The notes under the pieces are model-generated. The model was not told where the DNA came from. It was given only the letters and a program-made list of their open reading frames with translations, and did not search any database. Both the position numbers and the translations under genes were made by a program. From assembly GCF_009914755.1 (NCBI RefSeq), contig NC_060934.1: 64,000 nucleotides of DNA. One strand, 5' to 3'. Each line of letters opens with the position of its first letter. The stretch's first letter is position 1. Source of the DNA: the human T2T-CHM13v2.0 reference genome, Homo sapiens. This document shows, one piece after another, positions 31,358-46,760 of this stretch.

Positions 31358-31683
31358 GGCCAGACAAGGTGGCTCACACCTGTAATCCTAGCACTTTGGG
31401 GAGGCCAAAGCGGGAGGGTGGCCTGAGACCAGGAGTTCAAGACCAGCCTGGGCAACATCATGAAACCCCATCTCTACAAGATATAAGGGAAAAAAATTAG
31501 CCGGGCATGCTGGCATGTGCCTGTAGTCCCAGCTACTGGGGAGGCTGAAGTGGGAGGATCACCTGAGCTCAGGGAGGTTGAGGCTGCAGTGAGCTGTGAT
31601 TGCACCACTGCACTCAGTCTGAGCAGCAGAGACTCTGTCTTTAAAAAAAAAAGAAAAGAAAAAAGAAAGAAAGAAAAAGAAAA
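31358..31683 (+). mobile_element. AluJ
   Basis: Full consensus; TSD ATCAATCT. Confidence 0.9.
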
Positions 31684-33918
31684 ATCAATCTGGCTGATGT
31701 GTGGGGATCCTGGATGCTAGGATCTGTGTTTGGGAGTCAAAGAGAGCTCTAGAGAGTGTTTAAAGAGAAGTGATACAATCTGGGTTTAAGAAGACACTTC
31801 CCTCAATAGCATGAAGACCAGGACTTCAGCTCAGGGAAGATGTGACAAGGGTCTGGAGCCGTACCAGTAAGAGGGTAAAAGTGGCATTGCACTCCAGCTG
31901 AGGGCTCATCTCAAGGCCACTGGTAAAAGCATGTGGACAGAAGTGACCATGTTAGATGCTAGCAGGGACCAACACCCTGAGCCAGGAGGAAGCCTCACAC
32001 CAGAAATATATGCCATGGCCCCTCGGCCAAGGGTGCGCTTGTCTTTCATTGGTTTCCTGGAGCTTTTTATTTGGCATGAGAACCATGATGGTGTCCAGTG
32101 TTTGGGAAGGGAATTGAGCATTTGGAAACATTTGCAGACAGCCCATCAGAACTGTGGCATGGGGAGGTGGGGAGTCCCACTGAGCCCCCCTCCACTTGGC
32201 TCTTAGTGTGGCCATTCTGACTGTGGGACACATTGTGCTTTCCATTTTTCCTTAGAAAGGTCTGCTTTTCATTTTTCGTCTTGCCCCAAAGTATGTGTAC
32301 AACAAACATTATGCTTTGGGGACGTAGATCTGCGCCCAATTAAAGCCGCCGCTAATGCAGTCCATCTTGCTGAGTAGCAATCAACCTCACTTTGAGGTTG
32401 AGCTCAGTGGAAAAATTAAAATTAACTCTTCTTGACAGGAAGCTCCTACCCACCATGAAGACTGTTCTCTCTGGGTTCAGTAACTGGCTTTCAACATAAT
32501 CAAGTGGCAGTTTGAATGAATAACAGTTTGCACTTTGCCACTTTTGGGGAGCGGGATAGATATGCAACAAGACTCATTGCCTGACACCTCCATATCCACC
32601 ACACCAGGCTGACGTTGGTTGTGCCTGAGGCAGAGAAAGGGGCTCGTGAGGACCCTGAGACCCGGTGGGTATTTGAGGCCCACCACAAGTTTTCAGGGTC
32701 TTGGCTCCCTGGACGGGAAGGGGAGTTGGTATCCTCACACATCACTCTGGGGACTTCCCCCAGCTTCATTCACTCAGAGTTCAGTTGAGGGCTTGAAAGA
32801 GCATCCACAGCAGAATGGGAATCTGCAAATAAATGGAGTGCCTCTTACACAGATGTTGTGGGGGAGGCAGAGCCATCATCACAGACACCCATCGTCCAGT
32901 CCCCAGATGGGACAGATGCCCAGCTCAGCAATTATTGGGAGTGGGGCAGGCTCAGAGGGTGGTGTCTGACACTAGATTGCTTTGGTTTTGTTTTTAAATT
33001 TCAGGGCCACATACATTATCTGCTCACATATGTTAAAAAGAGACTAAGAAACACAGGGGCATTTTGAGGTGATGGGCATGGAGAAAAGGCCGTGTGCCCC
33101 ACTCCTGGGTCCACATAAATGCCTCTGCTGAGGGAGAAAAGACTTCAGAAAGAAAAACAGATTTAAGAATGTACTTCCAGAATCTAGATGACACAGGAGC
33201 TTTAGTTTCTGGTTAGGCACAATCCTAGATGTGATCAGTCTGTTCAATTTTTAAATAATATGTCGTCTCATGACAAAAATAACACATGCTCAATGTAGAA
33301 TGTAGAAAACATACTCCCCCCTCCAAAAAAATCACCTGTATTTCTACTCCCCTGGAGATAAAGGCTATTGTTAGCTTTTGATGTAAGAACCTCCCATTGT
33401 TTCTCTATGCATAGATTTGTATATTTTATAGAAAGGTTTTTTTTTGGTACAATACTATATATATAAAGTTTCAAAACCTTTGACGTGATATATTGTAAAC
33501 ATCTTCCTGTGGCAACATATAAGACTTCAATAACTGCATGCTATTTCATTATATAGGTATGTCCCAATTTTTTCTTACCAAACATTTTGATGTGTTTCTT
33601 TGGGCACTCCTCTGTTTATGTCCGTAGGAGACATTTTTAAAGGTGAAATTGCTGGGTCAACAGATATGGCCATTTTAAAATACATTTGATACTTGTTACT
33701 AAATTACCCTACAGAAAACTTGCTAAAATTGCTAAAAATTGCAGTCCGTATTCTTTGTCAATTTCATAGACAAAAAAAATTAATGGTGTCTTGTTTTCAC
33801 TGATTCATTTTAGCAGTGATGGACATTGTTTACACATTTGTTGGACTCATGCAGTTTACTTTTTTTTTTTGTAACCTTTTTTTTACTCTTCCCAGTTCAC
33901 TGGAATCATGTAGTTTAC

Positions 33919-34195
33919 TTTTTTTTTCTTTTTTTTTTTTGAGACAGAGTCTCGCTCTGTCGCCCAGGCTGGAGTGCAGTGGCGCAATCTCGGCTCACTG
34001 CTCACTGCAACCTCCACCTCCCAGGTTCAAGCAATTCTCCTGCCTCAGCCTCCCGAGTAGCTGAGATTACACGTGTGTGCCACCATGCGTGGCTAATTTT
34101 TGTATTTTTAGTAGAGACAGGGTTTCACCATGTTGGCCAGGCTGGTCTCAAATTCCTGACTTCAGGTAATCCACCTGCCTCCACCTCCCAAACCC
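33919..34195 (-). mobile_element. AluS (5' truncated) beside old L1M fragments
   Basis: Poly-T plus reverse consensus. Confidence 0.88.
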
Positions 34196-37100
34196 AGTGG
34201 AGTCTTAACCGTGCAGTCTTGAGTGTGCCCGTTCCTTGCAAGTGGACTTTAAAACAGTGGGCACATTTCTGGCATCTGATCTCGGTTAGTTCACCTGATG
34301 GGAAAGTGAAATGAACCGGCCTTCCGGTGTCTTGGGTGTTCTTGTTACTTGAGGGTGAAGCTCCTCCGTGTTGAGGCACCTGAGAAAACATAGGGCTGAC
34401 AGCTGAAACTGACGCATGAACTGAGGTGGCAGAACTGCTGGGAGCCTCCGTTTTCTTTGTTTGCTAAATAGTACCGATTACACTGGCAGTACTTTCCTTG
34501 TGAGAGTCTTGTGAAGTTGAATGATGCAATACTGAAGCTTCTTTGAGAGGTTAAAAGATGACTCCAAGGGGAAAAGGCAGTGGAAAGATTTATGTCAGAA
34601 TGTGCTTATCCCATGACAAAATGTGGTAATGGGATTATATGTAGTTTAAATTTTCTTGTTTTTGTCTTTCTACATTTTGTACATTTTCAGTAATGAACGA
34701 GTCATATATTCATTTACTATGTAAATATAGCATGATTTGTATTGTTATTTCCTTAGTTTTCAGGAGAGACCATTGTAAAGGCATAAGGTGGCCTCGGGGT
34801 TTTTAACTTCTACTGGAAATCTCCTGTCTGCCCCACTCTCCCAAACTCTATTCCTCCAAGGATGGAGGTGAAGAGAAGAGAGTACCCAGGAGGTCTGGTT
34901 TTGAGAAATGATGTCGTGTGAGTGATTGGACTCGGCATTTGCCTAACCATGCAAGGAGATGGTTTATGTTGCTTGAGGCCTTGACTGCTAAGCCGTGTTC
35001 TGGCAATGAGAAGGCCAGGCCAGGCCAGGGCCTCAGGCTTCTCTCCCCGACCGTCTTGCCTGTGACTGCTGCCCAGCTATGCCTCAGTTGCCTTCAGTAG
35101 TTGGAAGTCCTAGTTATTTCAGGTAACGCCCAGCATGTTAAATTCGCAACCTTGACTGTTTTTTGCTGCATCCTAAACTGGCCACACCACCCACACCTCG
35201 AAGAAGCAGGTTAATTTCATTCGTGCTCGGTGCCTTAAGGCGGAATTAGTTCCTCCTTTTCGGGGAGAAGGAGCTGTCTCAGCTGACTGACTTGCCTTCA
35301 CTTCACTTCCCAGGCTCTCAACGCCAGGCCAGCTGTGGCGATGCCTCTGGCTTCTGAGGCTGTGGGTCTGGTCAGAAGCAGAAAAGCAGAAAGGACAAGA
35401 CAGAGGTTCCCTGGAAAGCCAGCTTGGGCTGGGTGGGTGGGGCAGGCTGCAGGCCTTGGCAGGAATCTGAGCCCAAATGCCGGACCTTGGAGGCAACTGT
35501 AGTTTACACAAAAATAAGGAGCTCCTGAGGGCCCGCACCATTCCATGAGCAGCAGAAGTTTAACCTCACCCTGGCACTGGCTCTCCGACACCCGCATTGT
35601 GGAGAGGGAAGAGAGATTTCTCAATTATCCCGTTTCAGCCAAGCCTTATCACTGGAGGCTGCCCTGCCTAGGAATTTGCAATCACTTTGATGGTAGCCAG
35701 GATATTTCCCCTCCTGCTGACTATAGGGAAAAAAAGGACTGAAAAAAGATTTTGCTAAGCAAATGAAAGATGTGAACGAGATTAAAGTGAGAATATTTAA
35801 ATTACAGAAACTTAGTGCTTTCGAGCGTACTCAAGCATTTTTGAAGCACCCATTTAGGGACTGCTGATTGATAAGAGGTGATGAATTATTCTTATCTCAT
35901 CATTGACGCCAGTCCCTGGCTCTCTGGAGGACAACACTTGGTTAACCTAATTTGAATCTAATTTGAATGACTTAAAAGTAATAAAACAAGTGTGTGCTTG
36001 AAACTAATAAAGCCTAATTCATTTAATAGGCCATTTCTTAAATAATTTTATTTTAGAGCTGGAAGGGAACCTTCGAAATCATCCTTTATTTTACAAATAA
36101 AGAAACTGAGTCCCAGAACAATAAAATGCTTTGCCAAAGGCCACCCATAGTTGGTGGCCACCCACACACAGTGGGGACTGGGACGCTGTGCCGAGTCATG
36201 CCTGAGCCCTCCGCTCCACGCTGAGCCTGCAGTTCCACTTGTGGCAGATTCAGACCCCTATCGAGTTAGAGGAATGAGTGGGGAGTGGGTGGCTACACCT
36301 TGTGTGAAGAAGACTTCCCCCGAACCCCAGGAATATCTGCAAGGTGGCCAGCCAGGCCCCACCCCTTCGACCCCTCTGCTGAGCCGGCAGAGTGAGCACC
36401 CTCCACGTTGCCCTCCTGTTTGTGGCCTTTTCTCATCAGGCTGCACTGGCAGGGCCACCTTTCCCCTTCCCTGGGCTGCTGAGCAGTGAGGACTTGGAAT
36501 TACCAGGCAGCCCACTTGGTGAATCCCCTTGAGCTAACCTGGGATGGAGAAAATGCTTTAGCGATTTTGAAACCCGCAGGCCCAAGGAACTTTGATATGG
36601 CTGCCTTCTTAGGCCTTAGGTCACCTCCCTGGAAGGCCTAGGAGAGCAGGCCCTCCTTCCAACACTCTGCCCTGGGTCATGATAGAATTCTCATGGGAGA
36701 AATCTGACCCAGGGTTGTTTTCTCTCCCAAGGCTTCCCCTAGCATGGGGGACCCTGGGTGGCAAGGCACAGTGACTGTGCTTTACCTTCCTCATACACTG
36801 TGAATCGAATTTCCAGAACCTGCCTGATTTGTCATAGTTCAAACTTGATGAATGTACTGGGCACCGTGAGACATGTTTTGCTTGCATTAACGCATAGAAT
36901 CCACATAGGCGAAGAAGCTGAAAGTCACAAAGCCTGAGTGACTTGCCCAAGGCCACACAGAAACCAGTGTTCAGTCCAGACACTGTGGACCCAGAGCAGA
37001 TGCTTGGCCGCTCCACCTATCTCCACAAAAAGGAGCAAGGAAAAGAGTGAGCTTCATCTTAGAGGTAAGTATGCCCCGCTGCAGGCCCCACAGTCACTGG

Positions 37101-37813
37101 CCTGGGCTCCAAGGATAGATAGTAGCTTTGGCCATCCCAGGACATCCATCCTTACTCCTGGGTCCTGACCTCCTTCACTTCCAGAGCCTTGGTACTGGGC
37201 TTTCAAAAATCTTAGGTGCTTTTAGGGAAAGGAAAAACCTAACCGAAATGTAAATATCAAATTAAAACTGAGGCTTTGTGCATGAGGAACCAGCTTGGAG
37301 CTTTTGGCTGCTTTGGGCAACCCCTGCAAAGAGACCAAGAAACACAGGCAGCCTTGCCTGTTCACAGCCCAGCTTATAACCTTTGCATGGCTGCATTGGC
37401 GGTAGAGTTAATTGCTCTTGCAATAAGCGTCTGTGAGTCTCATTAACCTTGTTAAGTGAGTGTCACAGAAATCAGGGACAAGCACACACCATGCTGACTT
37501 GAGGCTCCCTCCCTCAGCTGGGGGTGTAAAGTCTCACACACCTGTGTGTGCTTGTATTGGGGCTCGATTAGGCACAGTTGGATTGAATTAAAAGGGCAGT
37601 GACATTTTCCATTTTCTTGGTTGAAAGAAGCAAGTTCAAGGTCAAACATCAAGGAGGCAAGCATATTTTATTGTCTAGCACTCGATTAACTAGAACACGT
37701 CAGTTCTGCTCAGACACTCAATGGTTTTCTGAATAAAGTCCCTTGGCCGTCATTCACCCTTCCATGAGCTGGCCCTGACCTACCTTTCCAGATTTCTTTT
37801 TTGTTAACTATAA

Positions 37814-38281
<468 letters not shown>

Positions 38282-38359
38282 AACTATTCTTCAAGTTGAG
38301 GAAAAGGTAAAATAACCTGCCCAAAGCCAATGCACCTGACCAGGAGGCTGTGCCAGATG

Positions 38360-38715
38360 GCATTATTGTTAGAACGTTTGCAGCCCCTCTGGCTGCGCTA
38401 GTTATACTTTCCTGCCCCACTGACATGAGGCTTTGGCGTGGACTTGCTTTTGCCAGTGAAATGTGGGCAAAAATGGCATGTGTCACTTCTAAATCAGCTT
38501 ATGGTTTGCTAGGTCTCTCTTTTCTCTCTGCTGCAAGGCTGGCAAGATCTCAAATCAGGGCTGCTCTATCACCCTGGGTCCTAGAGTAAAGTGGCCGGGA
38601 GCGCAGCAGAGCTGGCCCACCATGGACTGCATTGTGAGTGAGAAAGAATCATTGCTGTGGCCGGCCACCAAGATGTTGGGGTGAGCTATTAGACTAGCAC
38701 AGCTAATCGAAACTG
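38360..38715 (+). mobile_element. MLT1-type MaLR LTR remnant
   Basis: tgccccactgacatgaggcttt...gacttgcttttgccagtgaaatgtgggcaaaaatggcatgtgtcacttc. Confidence 0.6.
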
Positions 38716-40375
38716 ACCACACAGCAGTAGAATTTGGCTTAATCTTGGACCTTCTGAAAGTGTACCACATTCATCCCCTATATTCCAGATGAATCTCCCT
38801 GCTTTTCTCACCTCTGTAGCTATTCCCATCCTGCTTCCTCTGCCTGGAATTTCTTTGAAATCCTACCCATCTTCAAAAGTCGAGCCTAGATCCATGTCTT
38901 CTGTGATCTTTCTCAGATCCATAATAGCACCAAGCACTTACTGAGCATTTACTACTTGCCAGATACTACTCTAGCATTTGTTTGATTTCATTTAATCTTC
39001 ACCCAGTGAGATAAGTCCCATTATTGTTGCCACATAAGGTGAAGAGAGGTAAAATAATTTGTCCAAGGTCACACAACTGGTAATTGGCAGAGCCAAGACT
39101 CAAACCCCGTGCTCCTTCCCCTCTAGTACTCACCGCTGTTTCTGTTCCCTGTTACATTTCTACCCATCTCCTCCCTCTCCCCTCCTCAACTCTGAAACAG
39201 CTTCTTTACCTGACTGACCATGTTTTTTTTTTTTTGATCTGGATTTGAGTATAAATTTTACCCCTTTCTGGTGGTGAGAACTTGGGCTGGTCACTTGATT
39301 TCTCTGAGCTTCAGTGTCTTCTTTTTTTCCCCCGCAGCTCCAAGCAAGGTGTCCAGTAAAGGGTTACTGGCTGACTGAATGAATGAATGAACTCTCTGAG
39401 CTGTGACTTGTCCATTTGTAAAATGGGAATAATATTTGTAAAATGGTTCCTCCTTTATAGGGTTGTTGAGGAGTCTAAATGATGCCTAGCACAAGGCATG
39501 ACACCTACCACCTAAGAATTCAATACAACTTAACTATTATTATTATAAGCCATAGGAAAGGTAAATACAGTATATAATATACAGAGAAAAAGCTTACTTC
39601 TCACTATGGGGATTGGAGGAAGCTAGCTTCATGGCAGAAGTGACTTGAATGGACTTTGAAGAATGCATAGGATCTGGACTTGGACATGAGGTGCAGGGAA
39701 AGACATTTTAGACAAAGGGAACAGCATGGATAAAGATACAGAGACAGTTTAAGTCTTAAAATCTTAATCTTTCCTCAGTTGTACCATTTCTAGGGTCAGA
39801 TCTAAGGAAATAATTCTAAATATAGAAAAAACATTATGTGTAAAGATGTCCACTGCAGTGTTGTTTATAAAAGTGAAAACATAAAAATAACTGATATGCC
39901 CAACAATAAGGAAGTAGTTAAATGAATGCTCTTCTGTTCATCTGATATATTGTCATGTCTATTATAATTAAATATATAAGAAGTAATAAAAGAAAATGTT
40001 TATGAATGATGCTATGTGAGAAATAAGAGAAAATGAATAATCATTATAGTTACAATTATATAAAAACAAATTCCAAAACCAAAAGTAATATTCGGAAAGT
40101 CTAGGAGGAAATATACCACAATATTAATAGGAGTATCTTTGAAGTAATGGCCTTTGGTGACTGCTTTGGGATATTGAAAGCAATCTTTCTTACATTTATC
40201 ATTTTTTTATTATCATAGCTAAACTTTACTGAGCACTTCCTATGTACTAGGCAGTGCACTATTTTACACACATTACCCAACTTAATCCATACAGCCCTAT
40301 GAGGAAGGTTATCTTATTAGCCTCTTACCAATAGGGAAACCGAGACTTCTCTATTTACACAATGAGCATATGTTA

Positions 40376-40671
40376 CTTTTTTTTTTTGAGACAGGGTCTC
40401 ACTCTGTCACCCAGACTAGAGTGCAGTGGCACCATTACAGCTCACTGTAGCCATGACCTCCTGGACTCAAGTGATCCGCCCACCTCAGCCCCCCAAGTAG
40501 CTGGGACTATAGGTACATGCCACCAAGCCCAGAAAATTTTTAAAAATTTTTGGTAGAGATGGTGTCTTGCTATATTGCTCAGGCTACTTGCAAACTCCTG
40601 GGCTCAAGCAATCCTCCCACCTTGGCCTCCCAAAGTTACAGGGTTACAGGGGTGAGCCATCATGCCCGGCC
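40376..40671 (-). mobile_element. AluJ
   Basis: Reverse consensus. Confidence 0.88.
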
Positions 40672-40939
40672 TATTACTTTCATTATAGGAAATATTTACT
40701 ACATTTATTTAATATTTTGTTATTAAAAGACTAGAGATGTCAGTCCCTCCTTTTTTTTTTTGCTACTTCAAACAGTGTTATAATAAGCATCGCTGCACAT
40801 ATTTTCTCATTATTGCTACTCTTATTTCTGTAAATTACATTTCTTAAAGTGATATTTTGGGTCAAAATATATGTGTGCCTTTTTTATTCTGAACTAATTT
40901 TAGACTTACAGAAACGTGCAAATATCACACAGAGATTGG

Positions 40940-41295
40940 CAATAAAAAGGAATCAAATACTGATACAAGTACAATTTGGATGAACCTGGAAAACATTATA
41001 CAAAGTAAAAGAAAGCCAGGAACATATTATAACATTCCATTTATACAGAATGTCTGGGAATCAGTAAATCTATAAAAACAGAAAGTAGATTGGTGGTTGC
41101 CAGGGCCTGAGAGGCAGGTAGGGAATGGGGAGTGACTGTTTAGTGGGTTCAGGGTTTCCTTTTGAGGTGACAAAAATATTCTGAAATTAGAGAGTGGTGA
41201 TGTTTGCACAACTCTGTAAATATAACAAAAGCTCTGAATTGTATACTTTAAAAGGGTGAACTTTATGGTCTATGAATTATTTCTCAATAAAGCCA
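40940..41295 (+). mobile_element. L1M (L1MB/MC-type) 3' end
   Basis: ggatgaacctggaaaacattat...gattggtggttgccagggc...aaaagggtgaactttatgg...ctcaataaagc. Confidence 0.8.
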
Positions 41296-41439
41296 AATTC
41301 AAAGAAGAAAACCTTAGAGAGTTTCTGTACACCCCTCTCCTTCCTTCCCCTAATGTTCACAACTGAGAAATTGTGGGTAAATTGTGGCACAGCTAACTAT
41401 GGATTAATAAAAGTATACAACAGTATGTATATATAGTAT

Positions 41440-41740
41440 GGGGTTTTGTTTGTTTTGCAGACAAACTGTTGCTCTATCCCTCAGGCTAAAGTGCAGTGGC
41501 ACAATCTTGGCTCACTGCAGCATCACTCTCCTGGTCTCCAGCAATCTTCCTCCCTCCCCAGTAGCTGGGACTATAGGTGTGCACCACCATGCTGGTGCTT
41601 TTTGTTTTTTGTGTTTTTTTTGTATAGACAAGATCTCACTATTTTGTCCAGGCTAATCTCCAACTCCTGCCCTCAAGCGATCCTCCTGCCTCAGCCTCCC
41701 AAAGTATTGGGATTACAGGTGTGAGTCATAGCACCCAGCC
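41440..41740 (-). mobile_element. AluJ
   Basis: Reverse consensus. Confidence 0.85.
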
Positions 41741-41774
41741 TATGATTCATTTTTAATTGCTTAAAAAATATATA

Positions 41775-42241
<467 letters not shown>

Positions 42242-42492
42242 TTATGTTGGCAATAGCCCACACAAGGTAGTAGAAGTATGCAAGTAAATTTAACACTGGT
42301 TAGTCAGGGGTAGAATTAAGAGGAGACAAAGGGAGATTATGCAGTTTGTCTTTATAACCCTCTACCTCATTTAACCTAGTATAATTAAGCATGTCATATT
42401 TGTAACTTTTTCAATTTAAAAAAAGAAAGACGAAAGGCAAGGGATGCTTACCCTGGATCTTCCTATGGCTAGACGATTATCTCCAGGTATTA

Positions 42493-42840
<348 letters not shown>

Positions 42841-42939
42841 AATAATATATGGAGGGGTCCTACAGCATCTGCATCTGCTCCTTGGTGAGATGGAACATGG
42901 CTGGAGTCCGGGAGAGTGGAGGGAGGAGCAGTTAAGAAC

Positions 42940-43185
42940 AAGCCTCTGGGTTGGGCAGAGCTGCATTTTAATCCCAGCTCTCTGCCACTGACTGAGCTGT
43001 GGGACTTGGGCCAGTTATTTAACTGCTCTGTGCCTCAGTTTCCCTATCTTTATAATGGGAGTAATTAGCCTCTATCACTGGGTTATCAGGAGAGTAAAAT
43101 GAGATCATGCATGCAGGATGCTTAGCACAGTGCCTGGCATACAGTGTTCAAGAAAGGATAGTCGTTATCATTATTAATATTATTT
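42940..43185 (+). mobile_element. MIR
   Basis: cttgggccagttatttaac...tgtgcctcagtttccctatc...tgcttagcacagtgcctggcat. Confidence 0.75.
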
Positions 43186-43344
43186 ACAGTAGGTGCATCT
43201 CAGTTGTGTAGGGAGTGGGGAATGGTGGTTATAAAAATCTAAAGGAGGTGACAGTGACCTAAATTTAGGCTCCCATACTTCCAGGCATATATTGATGTGT
43301 TCCTGCACCATCCACCTAAGAACTGATTTTATTCTTGAGGGTAT

Positions 43345-43735
43345 TATAGCTAGCTAAAATAAAAGACTACATTTCCCAGGCTCCCTTGCAGCTAGGGGCA
43401 GGGGAAGTCTGGGATGGGACTTTGCTTTCGGAAGATGCCCTTCTGCTCTTTCTTTCCCTCCACCCTCCTGCTGTCTGGGTCCTAGAGTTGATGGCTGGGG
43501 TCCTGGCGGCAATCTGGGACCCTGCAGCACCTGGAGGGAAGAAGCCACGTCCCCAGGACAGTGGCGCAGAAACACAGGAGTCTGAGTCCCTGATGACCCT
43601 GCAGTGGCCGTGCCAGCCCCAGCCCACCTCCCTCTGCACTTATATGTGAGAGAGAAATAAACCTCTATCTTGCCTAAGACTTTGTTTAGGTTTTCTGTAA
43701 TGTGAAGGTAAGCCCAGCCCTAACTAATTGAGTTC
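43345..43735 (+). mobile_element. MLT1-type MaLR LTR remnant
   Basis: aaagactacatttcccaggctcccttgcagctagg...gtgagagagaaataaacctctatctt. Confidence 0.6.
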
Positions 43736-43844
43736 TCACAGAACGACTACAAATTCCAAAGCCCATGGCTAGGAGGTGGCGCAGGGCGTGGCCTGGGGAG
43801 GGGCTGCTGCCTGCTCCCAAGCGAGCCTGGGCCTGGGCACTTAC

Positions 43845-44044
43845 TCATCGCCAATGTAGAGCTTGGGCCAGACCTCGTTGACGTGGGTGTACTGGGGACT
43901 GCCCTTCCAGAAGAGCCGCTCCAGCTCAAAGGCTCCAGGGGTGCAGTAGTCCTCCTCCTCCCCTTCCTCCTCCATCTTCGGCGACAGCCTCTTGGCAGAT
44001 GAGTAGGCATTCTTGAGGCTTGTCTTCACTTCTCCAGATGTCAT
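43845..44044 (-). CDS. DUSP29: DUSP29 (DUPD1) first coding exon; exon starts at 44078 with 34 nt of 5' UTR
   Basis: [66 protein letters not shown]; donor GA|gtaagt; upstream acceptor tctctctcataaccag|. Confidence 0.95.
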
Positions 44045-45406
44045 TTTAGAGCCAAGGGATTTTCTCTCCTTTCTGCAGCTGGTTATGAGAGAGAAGCAGG
44101 ATGGGGGTTAGCAGGGGACACTGAGGCAGGGAATAGGCTTTACAAAAAGAGGTGGGAATAAGCTTATCTTAAAATTTGGAAAGAGTTTCCCCAACCTGCT
44201 ATGCCCCGGCTTCCTCTTCCCAGGCCACACAGGTAAACAAGGAAGGCCATGATGGCAGTTAAATGACACTTCCCCAATGTTCCAATCTTTCTAGAGAAGG
44301 AGAGCTGGGGTCCTTGGACGTGGGCCAAGGCGGGCTCTGGAGCTAAGAAATCCTGCAAGCAGCCAGTTCCTTCCCACCTTTCTTTAGACTTTACTCCTTT
44401 GGTTCCTACTTTTTCCTTTATCTGACTGAAACCTACTGGTTTGGGCCATTTGGGACCCAAAATAGGAAGGCCCAGAAGATTCCTGACATTCCAGGCCTGT
44501 GGCCCTCTCAGTGTCTGCAGGGAGCCGTCAGCCAGTGGAAAGAGTACATCGCCAAGGCCATACCTGCCCGGGCCTGGGTCTGGGCCACACGCACATCAGC
44601 AGGACTTCAGAAGCCTTGAGAGGGGAGGAAACCTGGCTGCATGAGGGTTAACCTGTCAGAAGAGCTGAAGGCAATGCTCACACTCTCACACTGGGAGCCT
44701 GGCCATCACTGTGTTAACTTACCAAGGGGATTGGAAGAGATGCCCCAAGATAGAAAGCTGTGCCTCGAGACTGAAATGTGCATTTGGAGAGCTTGTTAGG
44801 CTCTGCCAGTGGAATGTGGGAGAGGACTTTCCATTGTCCCCAAGGAGAGGAATTTGCAGTGGAATTGGACATTGATTGTTTCCTGAGCTGAGTAAATGAT
44901 GCACCTATGGTCAGCCTGGGAAAGGAGACTGGAGAGAAGGAGGAAAAGGTGGGAAGACTGAGAACCATGGAGGTGAATGCTATTTGTTTATTTATTTGAC
45001 AAATACTTATATAACACCTATTGTGTGCCAGACACTATTCCAAGTGCTTGATGATTGTAAGCCCATTTAATCTTAACAACACTGAGATAGGGTTATCCTA
45101 ATACCCTATCATTAGCCCCATTTTACAGATAAGGAGGATCATGAATTGAGGCTGTCTGTAGCACAGGGTCTTAGTGTCAGGGGGAGGGAGATGGGAGGTG
45201 CAGTGTGAGGAGGGGCAGGCCGGGGATGCAGAGAATGTAGGAAAGGGTTCATGGCTTCAAAGACCATTAGGAACATGTCAAAGGGACTCAGAATACAACT
45301 TGAAGAAGCTTCCACTTATCAAAACTGGAACAATTTGAACATGAAAAATAAAAATAATTCCAGTGGATCAAAACACATCAAACACTTAGGTCATAATAAT
45401 ACTGAA

Positions 45407-46012
<606 letters not shown>

Positions 46013-46535
46013 ACCCAAAACTTATTATGCACGGTTGGAAGATGTTTGGGAACCAGCTCCTTATTTTGAAGATGGATAGGTAAAGGAGAAGAATCTGCAT
46101 GTATTGCTTCTCTCTTTTACAAACTATATACTACTGGGTTGATACGGGAAATGTTCTTTTATAGAAGTATTCCAGATAATGAATAAAGAAGGAAGCACCA
46201 TTTTACACCACCTGATGAGTTGCTGCATCCAGAGACTGAGCATAAACTGCCAGCCACGTATGAATAAGAAGAGATGATCAGACATCATATGCCTTCGAAT
46301 AGAAGAGCACACCACCATGGCGGGAATCATCTCACCAAAGAGGTCTATATCTATCAGCCGACTTGCTGGAGATTCCGAGGACAGTTACGTTATACCACAG
46401 GGCCTTATCTTTTAGAAAAACATACTGAAATATTTGCTTCAAAAATAATATAGTTGGAAAATATAAATAATATAATGTTGGGGCAAGGTATTGATGTAGG
46501 TGTGAATGAGATGGGCTGGCTATGAGTGATGGTGA

Positions 46536-46760
<225 letters not shown>

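Noticed and set aside
39791-39825. 13-mer tagggtcagatct shared with the 59173 promoter, plus a perfect MEF2 site CTAAATATAG at 39816
   Set aside because: Lies in AT-rich, L1-like sequence; no extended homology, consistent with chance
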